Positions 11,601-26,500 of a stretch of DNA of 52,658 bases are shown here, one piece after another; position 1 is the stretch's first letter, and the number at the start of each line of letters is the position of its first letter. Position numbers and translations under genes: made by a program. The stretch is from Nemertoderma westbladi (lineage: Eukaryota; Animalia; Xenacoelomorpha): the NCBI GenBank assembly GCA_032718475.1, contig JAUCBJ010006048.1:1-52658 (forward strand). The letters run 5' to 3'. The notes under the pieces are model-generated. The model had not been told where the DNA came from, made no database searches, and was given only the letters and a program-made list of their open reading frames with translations.

Positions 11601-13860
11601 TCCAGTTACTTTTACTCAGTTCATAATGGTGTCAAGTATAATTGCTTTACTTCCAGTTACTTTTACTCAGTTCATAAAGGTATCAAGTATAATTGCAGTT
11701 ATTCAAATTACTTTTCTACTCGGTTTATAAAGGTGTCAAGTATAATTGCTTTACTTCCAGTTACTTTTACTCAGTTCATAAAGGTATCAAGTATAATTGC
11801 AGTTATTCAAGTTACGTTTTTTACTCAGTTCATAATGTTGTCAAGTATAATTGCAGTTATTCAAGTTACTTTTTTACTCAGTTCATAAAGGTGTCAAGTA
11901 TAATAGCAGTTATTCAAGTTACTTTTTTTACTCAGTTCATAATGTTGTCAAGTATAATTGCAGTTATTCAAGTTACGTTTTTTACTCAGTTCATAAAGGT
12001 ATCAAGTATAATTGCAGTTATTCAAGTTACGTTTTTTACTCTGTTCATAAAGGTGTCAAGTATAATTGCTTTACTTCCAGTTACTTTTACTCAGTTCATA
12101 AAAGTGTCAAGTATAATTGCAGTTATTCAAGTTACGTTTTTTACTCAGTTCATAATGTTGTCAAGTATAATTGCAGTTATTCAAGTTACGTTTTTTACTC
12201 AGTTCATAAAGGTATCAAGTATAATTGCAGTTATTCAAGTTACGTTTTTTACTCAGTTCATAATGTTGTCAAGTATAATTGCAGTTATTCAAGTTACTTT
12301 TTTACTCAGTTCATAAAGGTGTCAAGTATAATAGCAGTTATTCAAGTTACTTTTTTTACTCAGTTCGTAAAGGGGTCAAGTATAATTGCAGTTATTCAAG
12401 TTACTTTTTTTACTCAGTTCGTAAAGGGGTCAAGTATAATTGCAGTTATTCAAGTTACTTTTTTTACTCAGTTCGTAAAGGTATCAAGTATAATTGCAGT
12501 TATTCAAGTTACGTTTTTTACTCAGTTCATAATGTTGTCAAGTATAATTGCAGTTATTCAAGTTACTTTTTTACTCAGTTCATAAAGGTGTCAAGTATAA
12601 TAGCAGTTATTCAAGTTACTTTTTTTACTCAGTTCGTAAAGGTGTCAAGTATAATTGCTTTACTTCCAGTTACTTTTACTCAGTTCATAATGGTGTCAAG
12701 TATAATTGCTTTACTTCCAGTTACTTTTACTCAGTTCATAAAGGTATCAAGTATAATTGCAGTTATTCAAGTTACGTTTTTTACTCTGTTCATAAAGGTG
12801 TCAAGTATAATTGCTTTACTTCCAGTTACTTTTACTCAGTTCATAAAGGTGTCAAGTATAATTGCTTTACTTCCAGTTACTTTTACTCAGTTCATAAAGG
12901 TATCAAGTATAATTGCAGTTATTCAAATTACTTTTCTACTCGGTTTATAAAGGTGTCAAGTATAATTGCTTTACTTCCAGTTACTTTTACTCAGTTCATA
13001 AAGGTATCAAGTATAATTGCAGTTATTCAAGTTACGTTTTTTACTCAGTTCATAATGTTGTCAAGTATAATTGCAGTTATTCAAGTTACTTTTTTACTCA
13101 GTTCATAAAGGTGTCAAGTATAATAGCAGTTATTCAAGTTACTTTTTTTACTCAGTTCGTAAAGGGGTCAAGTATAATTGCAGTTATTCAAGTTACTTTT
13201 TTTTACTCAGTTCATAGAGGTGTCAAGTATAATTAATTGCTTTGTTTCCAGTTACTTTTACTCAGTTCATAAAGGTGTCAAATATAATTGCTTTACTTCC
13301 AGTTACTTTTACTCAGTTCATAAAGGTATCAAGTATAATTGCAGTTATTAAAATTACTTTTCTACTCAGTTCATAAAGGTGTCAAGTATAATTGCTTTAC
13401 GTCCAGTTACTTTTACTCAGTTCATAAAGGTATCAAGTATAATTGCAGTTATTCAAGTTACGTTTTTACTCAGTTCATAAAGGTGTCAAGTATAATTGCT
13501 TTACTTCCAGTTACTTTTACTCAGTTCATAAAGGTGTCAAATATAATTGCTTTACTTCCAGTTACTTTTACTCAGTTCATAAAGGTATCAAGTATAATTG
13601 CAGTTATTAAAATTACTTTTCTACTCAGTTCATAAAGGTGTCAAGTATAATTGCTTTACGTCCAGTTACTTTTACTCAGTTCATAAAGGTATCAAGTATA
13701 ATTGCAGTTATTCAAGTTACGTTTTTACTCAGTTCATAAAGGTGTCAAGTATAATTGCTTTACTTCCAGTTACTTTTACTCAGTTCGTAAAGGTGTCAAG
13801 TATATTTGCAGTTATTCAAGTTACTTTTTTTACTCAGTTCATAAAGGTGTCAAGTATAAT

Positions 13861-14580
13861 TGGTATAAAACATGTAATGCAAAATCTGACCTTTTTATTA
13901 ACACCCTACCAAAACTACAATATATCTGCTGTATCTAACTTGATTCGATTTTGATCATACATATAGATAGACCAAGAGTATTTATTGTTGTTGTTAAGAG
14001 TTTTAGTACATCGTTCTTTGTTGTGTTTCAGTCACACTTTCATGACTTTGTGAATAAGTTGGGAAGCTCCAACTTCGTCCTTAAATAGGGAGGAATTATT
14101 TAGTCCCTTTGTAACTAACTATAATACACAGTAGCTTTTCCACGAATGGAACCTTCCAGCCTTTACCATGCCAATTTATATATATTGTTATATATAAATT
14201 CTTGTCGGACTGTGGACTTGTGTGACTTGGTTGACTGGTTTCTTATCGGGAGTAGCTGGAATAGCGCAGTGGTTTCACTCTCACTACGAGATGGCACTTG
14301 AGCGTGCCAGCCACAGGAAGATATCCATATTTCCTTGAACAACACTGCCAGATTTTTGTTTTTCGTACAGGATTCAATGATATGGTTTCAATGGACAAGC
14401 TATTGAACCACTAACCCTACAGTACCGAAATTATAAAACCGCAGGTTACACACAATTAAAAAGTTAACGAATTAAGCAACCAGTCACAGTTCAGGTTTTA
14501 ATTATAACTATATTAGTTATTAATAAAATAAAAATTTTATTTTACCTTCCCACTAAGTCGATGTTTCTATACATCTCAAG
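13861..14580. repeat. ~715-bp spacer of the macro-repeat. Other copies: 19226-19945, 43591-44311, 48559-49278, 50438-51157; truncated 17397-17820 and 46723-47146; split 22260-22580 + 38705-39101
   Basis: tggtataaaacatgtaatgc...gatgtttct(a/c)tacatctcaag recurs nearly identically. Confidence 0.95.
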
Positions 14581-17500
14581 TTACTTTTTTTACTCAGTTC
14601 ATAAACGTGTCAAGTATTATTGCAGTTATTCGAGTTACTTTTTTTACTCGGTTCATAAAGGGGTCAAGTATAATTGCAGTTATTCAAGTTACTTTTTTAC
14701 TCAGTTCATAAAGGTGTCAAGTATAATCGCTTTGTTTCCAGTTACTTTTACTCAGTTCATAAGGGTGTCAAGTATAATTGCTTTACTTTCAGTTACTTTT
14801 TTACTCAGTTCATAAAGGTATCAACTATAATTGCAGTTATTCAAATTGCTTTTCTACTCAGTTCATAAAGGTGTCAAGTATAATTGCTTTACTTCCAGTT
14901 ACTTTTACTCAGTTCATAAAGGTATCAAGTATAATTTCAGTTATTCAAATTGCTTTTCTACTCAGTTCATAAAGTTGTAAAGTATAATTGCTTTACTTAC
15001 AGTTACATTTACTCAGTTCATAAAGGTATCAAGTATAATTGCAGTTATTCAAGTTACGTTTTTTACTCAGTTCATAAAGGTGTCAAGTATAATTGCAGTT
15101 ATTCAAGTTACGTTTTTTACTCAGTTCATGAAGGTGTCAAGTATAATTGCAGTTATTCGAGTTACTTTTTTTACTCGGTTCATACAGGGGTCAAGTATAA
15201 TTGCAGTTATTCAAGTTACTTTTTTACTCAGTTCATAAAGGTGTCAAGTATAATTGCTTTGTTTCCAGTTACTTTTACTCAGTTCATAAAAGTGTCAAGT
15301 ATAATTGCTTTACTTCCAGTTATTTTTACTCAGTTCATAAAGGTGTCAAGTATAATTGCAGTTATTCAAGTTACGTTTTTTACTCAGTTCATGAAGGTGT
15401 CAAGTATAATTGCAGTTATTCGAGTTACTTTTTTTACTCGGTTCATACAGGGGTCAAGTATAATTGCAGTTATTCAAGTTACTTTTTTACTCAGTTCATA
15501 AAGGTGTCAAGTATAATTGCTTTGTTTCCAGTTATTTTACTCAGTTCATAAAGGTGTCAAGTATAATTGCTTTACTTCCAGTTACTTTTACTCAGTTCAT
15601 AATGGTGTCAAGTATAATTGCTTTGTTTCCAGTTACATTTACTCAGTTCATAAAGGTGTCACGTATAATTGCTTTACTTCCAGTTACTTTTACTCAGTTC
15701 ATAAAGGTGTCAAGTATAATTGCTTTACTTCCAGTTACTTTTACTCAGTTCATAATGGTGTCAAGTATAATTGCTTTGTTTCCAGTTACATTTACTCAGT
15801 TCATAAAGGTGTCACGTATAATTGCTTTACTTCCAGTTACTTTTACTCAGTTCATAAAGGTATCAAGTATAATTGCAGTTATTCAAGTTACGTTTTTTAC
15901 TCTGTTCATAAAGGTGTCAAGTATAATTGCAGTTATTCAAGTTACTTTTTTTACTCAGTTCATGAAGGTGTCAAGTATAATTGCTTTGTTTCCAGTTATT
16001 TTACTCAGTTCATAAAGGTGTCAAGTATAATTGCTTTACTTCCAGTTACTTTTACTCAGTTCATAAAGGTATCAAGTATAATTGCAGTTATTCGAGTTAC
16101 TTTTTTTACTCGGTTCATACAGGGGTCAAGTATAATTGCAGTTATTCAAGTTACTTTTTTACTCAGTTCATAAAGGTGTCAAGTATAATTGCTTTGTTTC
16201 CAGTTATTTTACTCAGTTCATAAAGGTGTCAAGTATAATTGCTTTACTTCCAGTTACTTTTACTCAGTTCATAAAGGTATCAAGTATAATTGCAGTTATT
16301 CGAGTTACTTTTTTTACTCGGTTCATACAGGGGTCAAGTATAATTGCAGTTATTCAAGTTACTTTTTTACTCAGTTCATAAAGGTGTCAAGTATAATTGC
16401 TTTGTTTCCAGTTATTTTACTCAGTTCATAAAGGTGTCAAGTATAATTGCTTTACTTCCAGTTACTTTTACTCAGTTCATAAAGGTATCAAGTATAATTG
16501 CAGTTATTCGAGTTACTTTTTTTACTCGGTTCATACAGGGGTCAAGTATAATTGCAGTTATTCAAGTTACTTTTTTACTCAGTTCATAAAGGTGTCAAGT
16601 ATAATTGCTTTACTTCCAGTTACTTTTACTCAGTTCATAAAGGTATCAAGTATAATTGCAGTTATTCAAATTACTTTTCTACTCGGTTTATAAAGGTGTC
16701 AAGTATAATTGCTTTACTTCCAGTTACTTTTACTCAGTTCATAAAGGTATCAAGTATAATTGCAGTTAATCAAGTTACGTTTTTTACTCAGTTCATAATG
16801 TTGTCAAGTATAATTGCAGTTATTCAAGTTACTTTTTTACTCAGTTCCTAAAGGTGTCAAGTATAATAGCAGTTATTCAAGTTACTTTTTTTACTCAGTT
16901 CATAAAGGGGTCAAGTATAATTGCAGTTATTCAAGTTACTTTTTTACTCAGTTCATAAAGGTGTCAAGTATAATTAATTGCGTTGTTTCCAGTTACTTTT
17001 ACTCAGTTCATAAAGGTGTCAAGTATAATTGCTTTACTTCCAGTTTCTTTTACTCAGTTCATAAAGGTATCAAGTATAATTGCAGTTATTAAAATTACTT
17101 TTATACTCAGTTCATAAAGGTGTCAAGTATAATTGCTTTACGTCCAATTACTTTTACTCAGTTCATAAAGGTATCAAGTATAATTGCAGTTATTCAAGTT
17201 ACTTGTTTTACTCAGTTCATAAAGGTGTCAAGTATAATTGCAGTTATTCAAGTTACTTTTTTACTCACTTCATAAAGGTGTCAAGTATAATTGCTTTACT
17301 TCCAGTTACTTTTACTCAGTTCGTAAAGGTGTCAAGTATATTTGCAGTTATTCAAGTTACTTTTTTTACTCAATTCATAAAGGTGTCAAGTACAATTGGT
17401 ATAAAACATGTAATGCAAAATCTGACCTTTTTATTAACACCCTACCAAAACTACAATATATCCACTGTAACTAACTTGATTCGATTTTGGTCATACATAT

Positions 17501-17946
17501 AGATAGACCAAGAGTATTTATTGTTGTAGTTAAGAGTTTTAGTACATCGTTCTTTTTTGTGTTTCAGTCACACTTTCATGACTTAGTGAATAAATTGGGA
17601 AGCTCCAACTTCGTCCTTAAATAGAGAGGAATTATTTAGTCCCTTTGTAACCAACTATAATATACAGTAGCTTTTCCACGAATGGAACCTTCCAGCCTTT
17701 ACCATGCCAATTTATATATATTATTATATATAAATTCTTGTCTGACTGTGGACTTGTGTGACTTTGTTGACTGGTTTCTTATCAGGAGTAGCTGGGATAG
17801 CACAGTGGTTTCACTCTCACTCAGTTCATAAAGGTGTCAAGTATAATTGCTTTACTTCCAGTTACTTTTACTCAGTTCATAAAGGTATCAAGTATAATTG
17901 CAGTTATTCAAGTTACGTTTTTTACTCAGTTCATAAAGGTGTCAAG

Positions 17947-19157
17947 TAGAGTTGCAACAGAGACCTGTTTTTCTTAATCCCGGTAAACCAGAGACCTACC
18001 CAGAGAATTATTTTGAAAAATACCGGATACCAGAGCCGGAGATCAGAGACTTTGCATATTTTTGTTCTTACAGTTTGATTAGTCCCATAAAGCACAAACA
18101 GGTACATATGGACTGATAACTGTTTTTATATGGTTGAATTACAGTAAATCCAACCCATTTCAACCCTTAGTTCACACTACCGAGTCAAAGTAAAAGACAA
18201 AATGTAAAACATAATCACAAGAAATATAATTTGTTCTAGAATGCCCTTATGTATTTATTATATTAGGCCTATACATAATGTATTATTATTTATTATTGCT
18301 ACCTAGCTATATTTAATTTATTTTGACTTTGACTCGGTAGTGTGAACGCGGCCTTACCCATTGGAAGAAAATAAGCACACGTACAGTTTGGGGGACTTAA
18401 TTAATATTAATTTGGTTATTTGTTTATTAGTTCGTTCTTATTTTGTTATTTTTAATTAATAATATGTTACATAAATTTGTTTTGCGCCATAGGTACCGGT
18501 ACTTTGTTAATTAAAGGCACTTATTTTACAATTGTTCAAATCATATACATTTCATTCAATGTGCTATAAAATAAACTTAGTAAATTACGAATACAGTGCA
18601 CAGGTATGGCACTCTACTCGCCCCATATACAAGCCTCGTTACGCTCTTTCTCTTCATTTGGTCGTCATATTATCTATTATAACAAGTTGAATGGAGATCA
18701 GCCCTTTCTTTCACTTTTAAACATTATGAGTGCTCAAATTAAGCACCTTTATCCTTAAATAAGAACCATCTTTAGGTGCTAATTTAACTTACAATTAAAC
18801 GCACCTTAAATTAATTAAATAGAAGATTATCGGTACATTTAGTTTGAGTCAGACTTAGAGTTAGATTAAAAACAGTGTAAAAGTGAATATATAATTTTGT
18901 TGAAGCGGAGTATTAAAATATTTAAAAATTACAGAAATTATTAATTGTAAAAAATTTGTGAAAAATAATCTTCAATTCACATTTTGTGTTGTACAGGATC
19001 TATTATTAAATAACTATTTCTAATTTGGAAAATCACTGATCTCTGGGTAAAATGTCTGTTTTCAATACCCGGGAACCAGAGACCTATCCAGAGACCAAAA
19101 TACCGCCCGGAGAATCCAGAGATCAGAGAACAGTTACAAGTCTCTGTTTCAACTCTA
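17947..19157. mobile_element. Non-autonomous hAT-type element, copy 1 (1211 bp)
   Basis: TIR TAGAGTTGCAACAGAGAC / GTCTCTGTTTCAACTCTA (17/18); 8-bp TSD GTGTCAAG from the satellite monomer; subterminal CAGAGA repeats. Confidence 0.9.
18170..18353. mobile_element. Small PIF/Harbinger-like MITE nested in the hAT element (present in all four copies)
   Basis: gttcacactaccgagtcaaagt ... actttgactcggtagtgtgaacgcggcc, flanked by TTA on both sides; left arm lacks the terminal GGCCGC. Confidence 0.62.
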
Positions 19158-20980
19158 GTGTCAAGTATAATTGCAGTTATTCAAGTTACTTTTTTTACTC
19201 AGTTCATAAAGGTGTCAAGTATAATTGGTATAAAACATGTAATGCAAAATCTAACCTTTTTATTAACACCCTACCAAAACTACAATATATCTGCTGTATC
19301 TAACTTGATTCGATTTTGATCATACATATAGATAGACCAAGAGTATTTATTGTTGTTGTTAAGAGTTTTAGTACATCGTTCTTTGTTGTGTTTCAGTCAC
19401 ACTTTCATGACTTTGTGAATAAGTTGGGAAGCTCCAACTTCGTCCTTAAATAGGGAGGAATTATTTAGTCCCTTTGTAACTAACTATAATACACAGTAGC
19501 TTTTCCACGAATGGAACCTTCCAGCCTTTACCATGCCAATTTATATATATTGTTATATATAAATTCTTGTCGGACTGTGGACTTGTGTGACTTGGTTGAC
19601 TGGTTTCTTATCGGGAGTAGCTGGAATAGCGCAGTGGTTTCACTCTCACTACGAGATGGCACTTGAGCGTGCCAGCCACAGGAAGATATCCATATTTCCT
19701 TGAACAACACTGCCAGATTTTTGTTTTTCGTACAGGATTCAATGATATGGTTTCAATGGACAAGCTATTGAACCACTAACCCTACAGTACCGAAATTATA
19801 AAACCGCAGGTTACACACAATTAAAAAGTTAACGAATTAAGCAACCAGTCACAGTTCAGGTTTTAATTATAACTATATTAGTTATTAATAAAATAAAAAT
19901 TTTATTTTACCTTCCCACTAAGTCGATGTTTCTATACATCTCAAGTTACTTTTTTTACTCAGTTCATAAACGTGTCAAGTATTATTGCAGTTATTCGAGT
20001 TACTTTTTTTACTCGGTTCATAAAGGGGTCAAGTATAATTGCAGTTATTCAAGTTACTTTTTTACTCAGTTCATAAAGGTGTCAAGTATAATTGCTTTGT
20101 TTCCAGTTACTTTTACTCAGTTCATAAGGGTGTCAAGTATAATTGCTTTACTTCCAGTTACTTTTACTCAGTTCATAAAGGTATCAAGTATAATTTCAGT
20201 TATTCAAATTGCTTTTCTACTCAGTTCATAAAGTTGTAAAGTATAATTGCTTTACTTACAGTTACATTTACTCAGTTCATAAAGGTATCAAGTATAATTG
20301 CAGTTATTCAAGTTACGTTTTTTACTCAGTTCATAAAGGTGTCAAGTATAATTGCAGTTATTCATGTTACGTTTTTTACTCAGTTCATGAAGGTGTCAAG
20401 TATAATTGCAGTTATTCGAGTTACTTTTTTTACTCGGTTCATACAGGGGTCAAGTATAATTGCAGTTATTCAAGTTACTTTTTTACTCAGTTCATAAAGG
20501 TGTCAAGTATAATTGCTTTGTTTCCAGTTACTTTTACTCAGTTCATAAAAGTGTCAAGTATAATTGCTTTACTTCCAGTTATTTTTACTCAGTTCATAAA
20601 GGTGTCAAGTATAATTGCAGTTATTCAAGTTACGTTTTTTACTCAGTTCATGAAGGTGTCAAGTATAATTGCAGTTATTCGAGTTACTTTTTTTACTCGG
20701 TTCATACAGGGGTCAAGTATAATTGCAGTTATTCAAGTTACTTTTTTACTCAGTTCATAAAGGTGTCAAGTATAATTGCTTTGTTTCCAGTTACTTTTAC
20801 TCAGTTCATAAAGGTGTCAAGTATAATTGCTTTACTTCCAGTTACTTTTACTCAGTTCATAATGGTGTCAAGTATAATTGCAGTTATTCAAGTTACGTTT
20901 TTTACTCTGTTCATAAAGGTGTCAAGTATAATTGCAGTTATTCAAGTTACTTTTTTTACTCAGTTCATAAAGGTGTCAAG

Positions 20981-22191
20981 TAGAGTTGCAACAGAGACCT
21001 GTTTTTCTTAATCCCGGTAAACCAGAGACCTACCCAGAGAATTATTTTGAAAAATACCGGATACCAGAGCCGGAGATCAGAGACTTTGCATATTTTTGTT
21101 CTTACAGTTTGATTAGTCCCATAAAGCACAAACAGGTACATATGGACTGATAACTGTTTTTATATGGTTGAATTACAGTAAATCCAACCCATTTCAACCC
21201 TTAGTTCACACTACCGAGTCAAAGTAAAAGACAAAATGTAAAACATAATCACAAGAAATATAATTTGTTCTAGAATGCCCTTATGTATTTATTATATTAG
21301 GCCTATACATAATGTATTATTATTTATTATTGCTACCTAGCTATATTTAATTTATTTTGACTTTGACTCGGTAGTGTGAACGCGGCCTTACCCATTGGAA
21401 GAAAATAAGCACACGTACAGTTTGGGGGACTTAATTAATATTAATTTGGTTATTTGTTTATTAGTTCGTTCTTATTTTGTTATTTTTAATTAATAATATG
21501 TTACATAAATTTGTTTTGCGCCATAGGTACCGGTACTTTGTTAATTAAAGGCACTTATTTTACAATTGTTCAAATCATATACATTTCATTCAATGTGCTA
21601 TAAAATAAACTTAGTAAATTACGAATACAGTGCACAGGTATGGCACTCTACTCGCCCCATATACAAGCCTCGTTACGCTCTTTCTCTTCATTTGGTCGTC
21701 ATATTATCTATTATAACAAGTTGAATGGAGATCAGCCCTTTCTTTCACTTTTAAACATTATGAGTGCTCAAATTAAGCACCTTTATCCTTAAATAAGAAC
21801 CATCTTTAGGTGCTAATTTAACTTACAATTAAACGCACCTTAAATTAATTAAATAGAAGATTATCGGTACATTTAGTTTGAGTCAGACTTAGAGTTAGAT
21901 TAAAAACAGTGTAAAAGTGAATATATAATTTTGTTGAAGCGGAGTATTAAAATATTTAAAAATTACAGAAATTATTAATTGTAAAAAATTTGTGAAAAAT
22001 AATCTTCAATTCACATTTTGTGTTGTACAGGATCTATTATTAAATAACTATTTCTAATTTGGAAAATCACTGATCTCTGGGTAAAATGTCTGTTTTCAAT
22101 ACCCGGGAACCAGAGACCTATCCAGAGACCAAAATACCGCCCGGAGAATCCAGAGATCAGAGAACAGTTACAAGTCTCTGTTTCAACTCTA
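20981..22191. mobile_element. Non-autonomous hAT-type element, copy 2 (1211 bp)
   Basis: Same TIRs and GTGTCAAG TSD; apparently identical to copy 1. Confidence 0.9.
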
Positions 22192-23540
22192 GTGTCAAGT
22201 ATAATTGCAGTTATTCAAGTTACTTTTTTTACTCAGTTCATAAAGGTGTCAAGTACAATTGGTATAAAACATGTAATGCAAAATCTGACCTTTTTATTAA
22301 CACCCTACCAAAACTACAATCTGTAACTAACTTGATTCGATTTTGGTCATACATATAGATAGACCAAGAGTATTTATTGTTGTAGTTAAGAGTTTTAGTA
22401 CATCGTTCTTTTTTGTGTTTCAGTCACACTTTCATGACTTTGTGAATAAATTGGGAAGCTCTAACTTCGTCCTTAAATAGCGAGGAATTCTTTAGTCCCT
22501 TTGTAACCAACTATAATATACAGTAGCTTTTCCACGAATGGAACCTTCCAGCCTTTACCATGCCAATTTATATATATATATATATATTATATGAGTAAAT
22601 ATGGCCACTTAGTTTTTTTCTTTAACTTTTTTATTGTAAGGCTTTAGAAAACTATAGCTGATAGCTATCTATGGTAAATTGTCATAACCATGGATCACCC
22701 GAGCGCTTTTTTATATTATTGCATAATAATACATATACAAGGATTTTTCTGAAAATCGTAATATCTCTGTCATATATATTATATCTCAATACGATTCCTA
22801 TTCAAAATTCATAATTGATTACATTTATACAAGTTGCAATATGGCCCTCGCAAAATTATCTTCGAAATTACAAACTTTTAAAATAAAAATCATCCGAAAT
22901 ATTGTTCTTCAATAAAATAATATGCCATCTACAAGTTTTCAAAAAATTTAAGCAAACTAATTTTTTACAGTTTTTTTAGGTGACATACATATATAATATG
23001 TATGTCCAAACTTCCCCAAAAAATGAGTTTGAATATAATATTATGGACCTGATACTAACTTTTAGCTGCGAAACAAATTTTTTATAACATTCAATGATGG
23101 TTTTATTTTGCGACTTTTTATATTTGAGTTATGTAACTTACATACACATGACGTATTGAATTAGTGGCCCAATGAACACATTTACCATATTGTAAGGAAA
23201 TTAATTAATTTTTTTAGGTTTTCTCGGTGTGGCCATATGGTTGATATTAGAATCAACTACATCAAGCTATATTATTTTATTTAATTATACTCATTTTATA
23301 ATTATAATTGGCAGTATTATTATTATTTACGCAGAAACCGCATCTGAAAATTGTAGCCTTTTACATACTGCTTTACTAGTGTCTGGAATACAGTCAAAAA
23401 TCCAATTTCTTCGGTACATACTAAAACATAAAACAACCTGAAACAAGATAAACAACATGAACCAAGCTTAGATAAGCATAAAATACATTAGCGGAAACTA
23501 CCAGAGGGGGGGGGGGGGTCATATTGGCCCTCCTTCTCAA

Positions 23541-26500
23541 CTAAGTTCGCGTTTAGGATCTAAGTTGGCACATATGATCTAAGTTCGCATCTAGGATCTA
23601 AGATCACCTATAGGATATAAGTTCGCCTGCAGGATCTAAATTCGAGTCTAGGATCTAAGTTGGCGTATAGGATCTAAGTACGCCTATAGGATCTAAGTTC
23701 GCCTATAGGATCTAAGATCGCATATAAGATCGAAGTTCGCCTATAGGTTCTAAGTTCGCCTATAGGATCTAAGTTCGCGTATAGGATCTAAGATCGAATT
23801 TAGGATCTAAGTTCGCCTATAGGTTCTAAGTTCGCCTATAGGATCTAAGTTCGCGTATAGGATCTAAGATCGCATATCGGATCTAAGTTCGCCTTTAGGA
23901 TCTAAGTTCGCCTATATGATCTAAGTTCGCCTATAGGATCTAAGTTTGCCTATAGGATCTAAACAGAGTCTAGGATCTAAGTTGGCCTATATAGGATCTA
24001 AGTTCGAGTCTAGGATCTAAGATCGCGTCTAGGATCAAAGTTCGCCTCTAGGATCTAAGTTCGCTTTTAGGATCTAAGTTCGCCTATAGGATCTAAGTTC
24101 GAATATAGGATCTAAGTTCGCATATAGGATCTAAGTTCGCGTCTTGTATCTAAGATCGCACATAGAATCTAAGTTTGCGTATAGAATCTAAGTTCGCTTC
24201 TAGGATCTAAGTTCGCGCCTAGGATCTAAGTTCGCCTATAGGATCTAAGATCGCCTATAGGATCTAAGTTCAAATATATGATCTAAGTTTGCATATAGGA
24301 TCTAAATTCGCGTCTAGGATCTAAGTTCGCGTATAGGATCTAAGTTCGCGTCCAGGATCTAAGTTCGCGTCTAGGATTTAAGTTCGCATATAGGATCTAA
24401 GTTCGCCTATAGGATCTAAGTTCGCCTATAGGATCTAAGTTCGAAAATAGGATCTAAGATCGCCTATAGGATCTAAGTTCGCGTATAGGATCTAAGTTCG
24501 CGTCTAGGATCTAAGTTCGCGTCTAGGATCTAAGTTCGCGTCTAGGATCTAAGTTCGCATATATGATCTAAGTTCGCCTATAGGATCTAAGTTCGAAAAT
24601 AGTATGTAAGATCGCCTATAGGATCTAAGTTCGCGTATAGGATCTAAGTTCGCATATAGGATCTAAGTTTGCATCTAGGATCTAAGTTCGCGTCTAGGAT
24701 CTAAGTTCGCGTATAGGATCTAAGTTCGCATATAGGATCTAAGTTCGCGTCTAGGATCTAAGTTCGCATATAGGATCTAAGATCGCCTATAGGATCTAAG
24801 TTCGCGTATAGGATCTAAGTTCGCGTCTAGGATCTAAGTTCGCGTCTAGGATCTAAGTTCGCGTCTAGGATCTAAGTTCGCATATAGGATCTAAGTTCGC
24901 CTATAGGATCTAAGTTCGAAAATAGTATGTAGGATCGCCTATAGGATCTAAGTTCGCGTCTAGGATCTAAGTTCGCATATAGGATCTAAGTTCGCATCTA
25001 GGATCTAAGTTCGCGTCTAGGATCTAAGTTCGCGTATAGGATCTAAGTTCGCGTCCAGGATCTAAGTTCGCGTCTAGGATCTAAGTTCGCATATAGGATC
25101 TAAGTTCGCCTATAGGATCTAAGTTCGCCTATAGGATCTAAGTTCGAAAATAGGATCTAAGATCGCCTATAGGATCTAAGTTCGCGTATAGGATCTAAGT
25201 TCGCGTCTAGGATCTAAGTTCGTGTCTAGGATCTAAGTTCGCGTCTAGGATCTAAGTTCGCGTATAGGATCTAAGATCGCATATAGGATCTAAGTTCGCC
25301 TATAGGTTCTAAGTTCGCCTATAGGATCTAAGTTCGCGTATAGGATCTAAGATCGCATATAGGATCTAAGTTCGCCTTTAGGATCTAAGTTCGCCTATAT
25401 GATCTAAGTTCGCCTATAGGATCTAAGTTTGCCTATAGGATCTAAACAGAGTCTAGGATCTAAGTTGGCCTCTTTAGGATCTAAGTTCGAGTCTAGGATC
25501 TAAGATCGCGTCTAGGATCAAAGTTCGCCTCTAGGATCTAAGTTCGCCTTTAGGATCTAAGTTCGCCTATAGGATCTAAGTTCGAATATAGGATCTAAGT
25601 TCGCATATAGGATCTAAGTTCGCGTCTTGTCTCTAAGATCGCACATAGAATCTAAGTTTGCGTATATGATCTAAGTTTGCATAGGATTTAAGTTCGCGTA
25701 TAGAATCTAAGTTCGCTTCCAGGATCTAAGTTCGCGTCTAGGATCTAAGTTCGCCTATAGGATCTAAGATCGCCTATAGGATCTAAGTTCAAATATATGA
25801 TCTAAGTTCGCATATAGGATCTAAATTCGCGTCTAGGATCTAAGTTCGCGTATAGGATCTAAGTTCGCGTCCAGGATCTAAGTTCGCTTCTAGGATCTAA
25901 GTTCGCATATAGGATCTAAGTTCGCCTATAGGATCTAAGTTCGCCTATAGGATCTAAGTTCGAAAATAGGATCTAAGATCGCCTATAGGATCTAAGTTCG
26001 CGTATAGGATCTAAGTTCGCGTCTAGGATCTAAGTTCGCGTCTAGGATCTAAGTTCGCGTCTAGGATCTAAGTTCGCATATAGGATCTAAGTTCGCCTAT
26101 AGGATCTAAGTTCGAAAATAGTATGTAAGATCGCCTATAGGATCTAAGTTCGCGTATAGGATCTAAGTTCGCATATAGGATCTAAGTTCGCATCTAGGAT
26201 CTATGTTCGCGTCTAGGATCTAAGTTCGCGTATAGGATCTAAGTTCGCGTCCAAGATCTAAGTTTGCATATAGGATCTAAGTTCGCATCTAGGATCTAAG
26301 TTTGCATATAGGATCTAAATTCGCGTCTAGGATCTAAGTTCGCATATAGGATCTAAGTTCGCGTCCAGGATCTAAGTTCGCGTCTAGGATCTAAGTTCGC
26401 ATATACGATCTAAGATCGCCTATAGGATCTAAGTTCGCGTATAGGATCTAAGTTCGCGTCTAGGATCTAAGTTCGCTTCTAGGATCTAAGTTCGCGTCTA

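Larger units (their letters stand above)
10581..22260. repeat. 51-54 bp satellite, left domain (interrupted by spacers and hAT elements)
   Basis: Monomer tactcagttcataaaggtgtcaagtataattgc plus either tttacttccagttacttt (51 bp) or agttattcaagttac(g/t)ttttt (53-54 bp). Confidence 0.97.

Noticed and set aside
14248-14310. tRNA/SINE head in the spacer (A-box-like TAGCGCAGTGG)
   Set aside because: No convincing B box (GTTCRA) and no cloverleaf
14100-14400. Coding potential in the spacer (60-aa minus ORF; INWHGKGWKVPFVEK faintly like a fibrinogen C-terminus)
   Set aside because: Short, no coherent frame or domain; recurrence is explained by tandem duplication
19052-19303. Repeated 83-90 aa ORF MSVFNTREPETY... 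(four copies)
   Set aside because: Spans the hAT TIR, satellite and spacer; a chance junction ORF copied with the repeat
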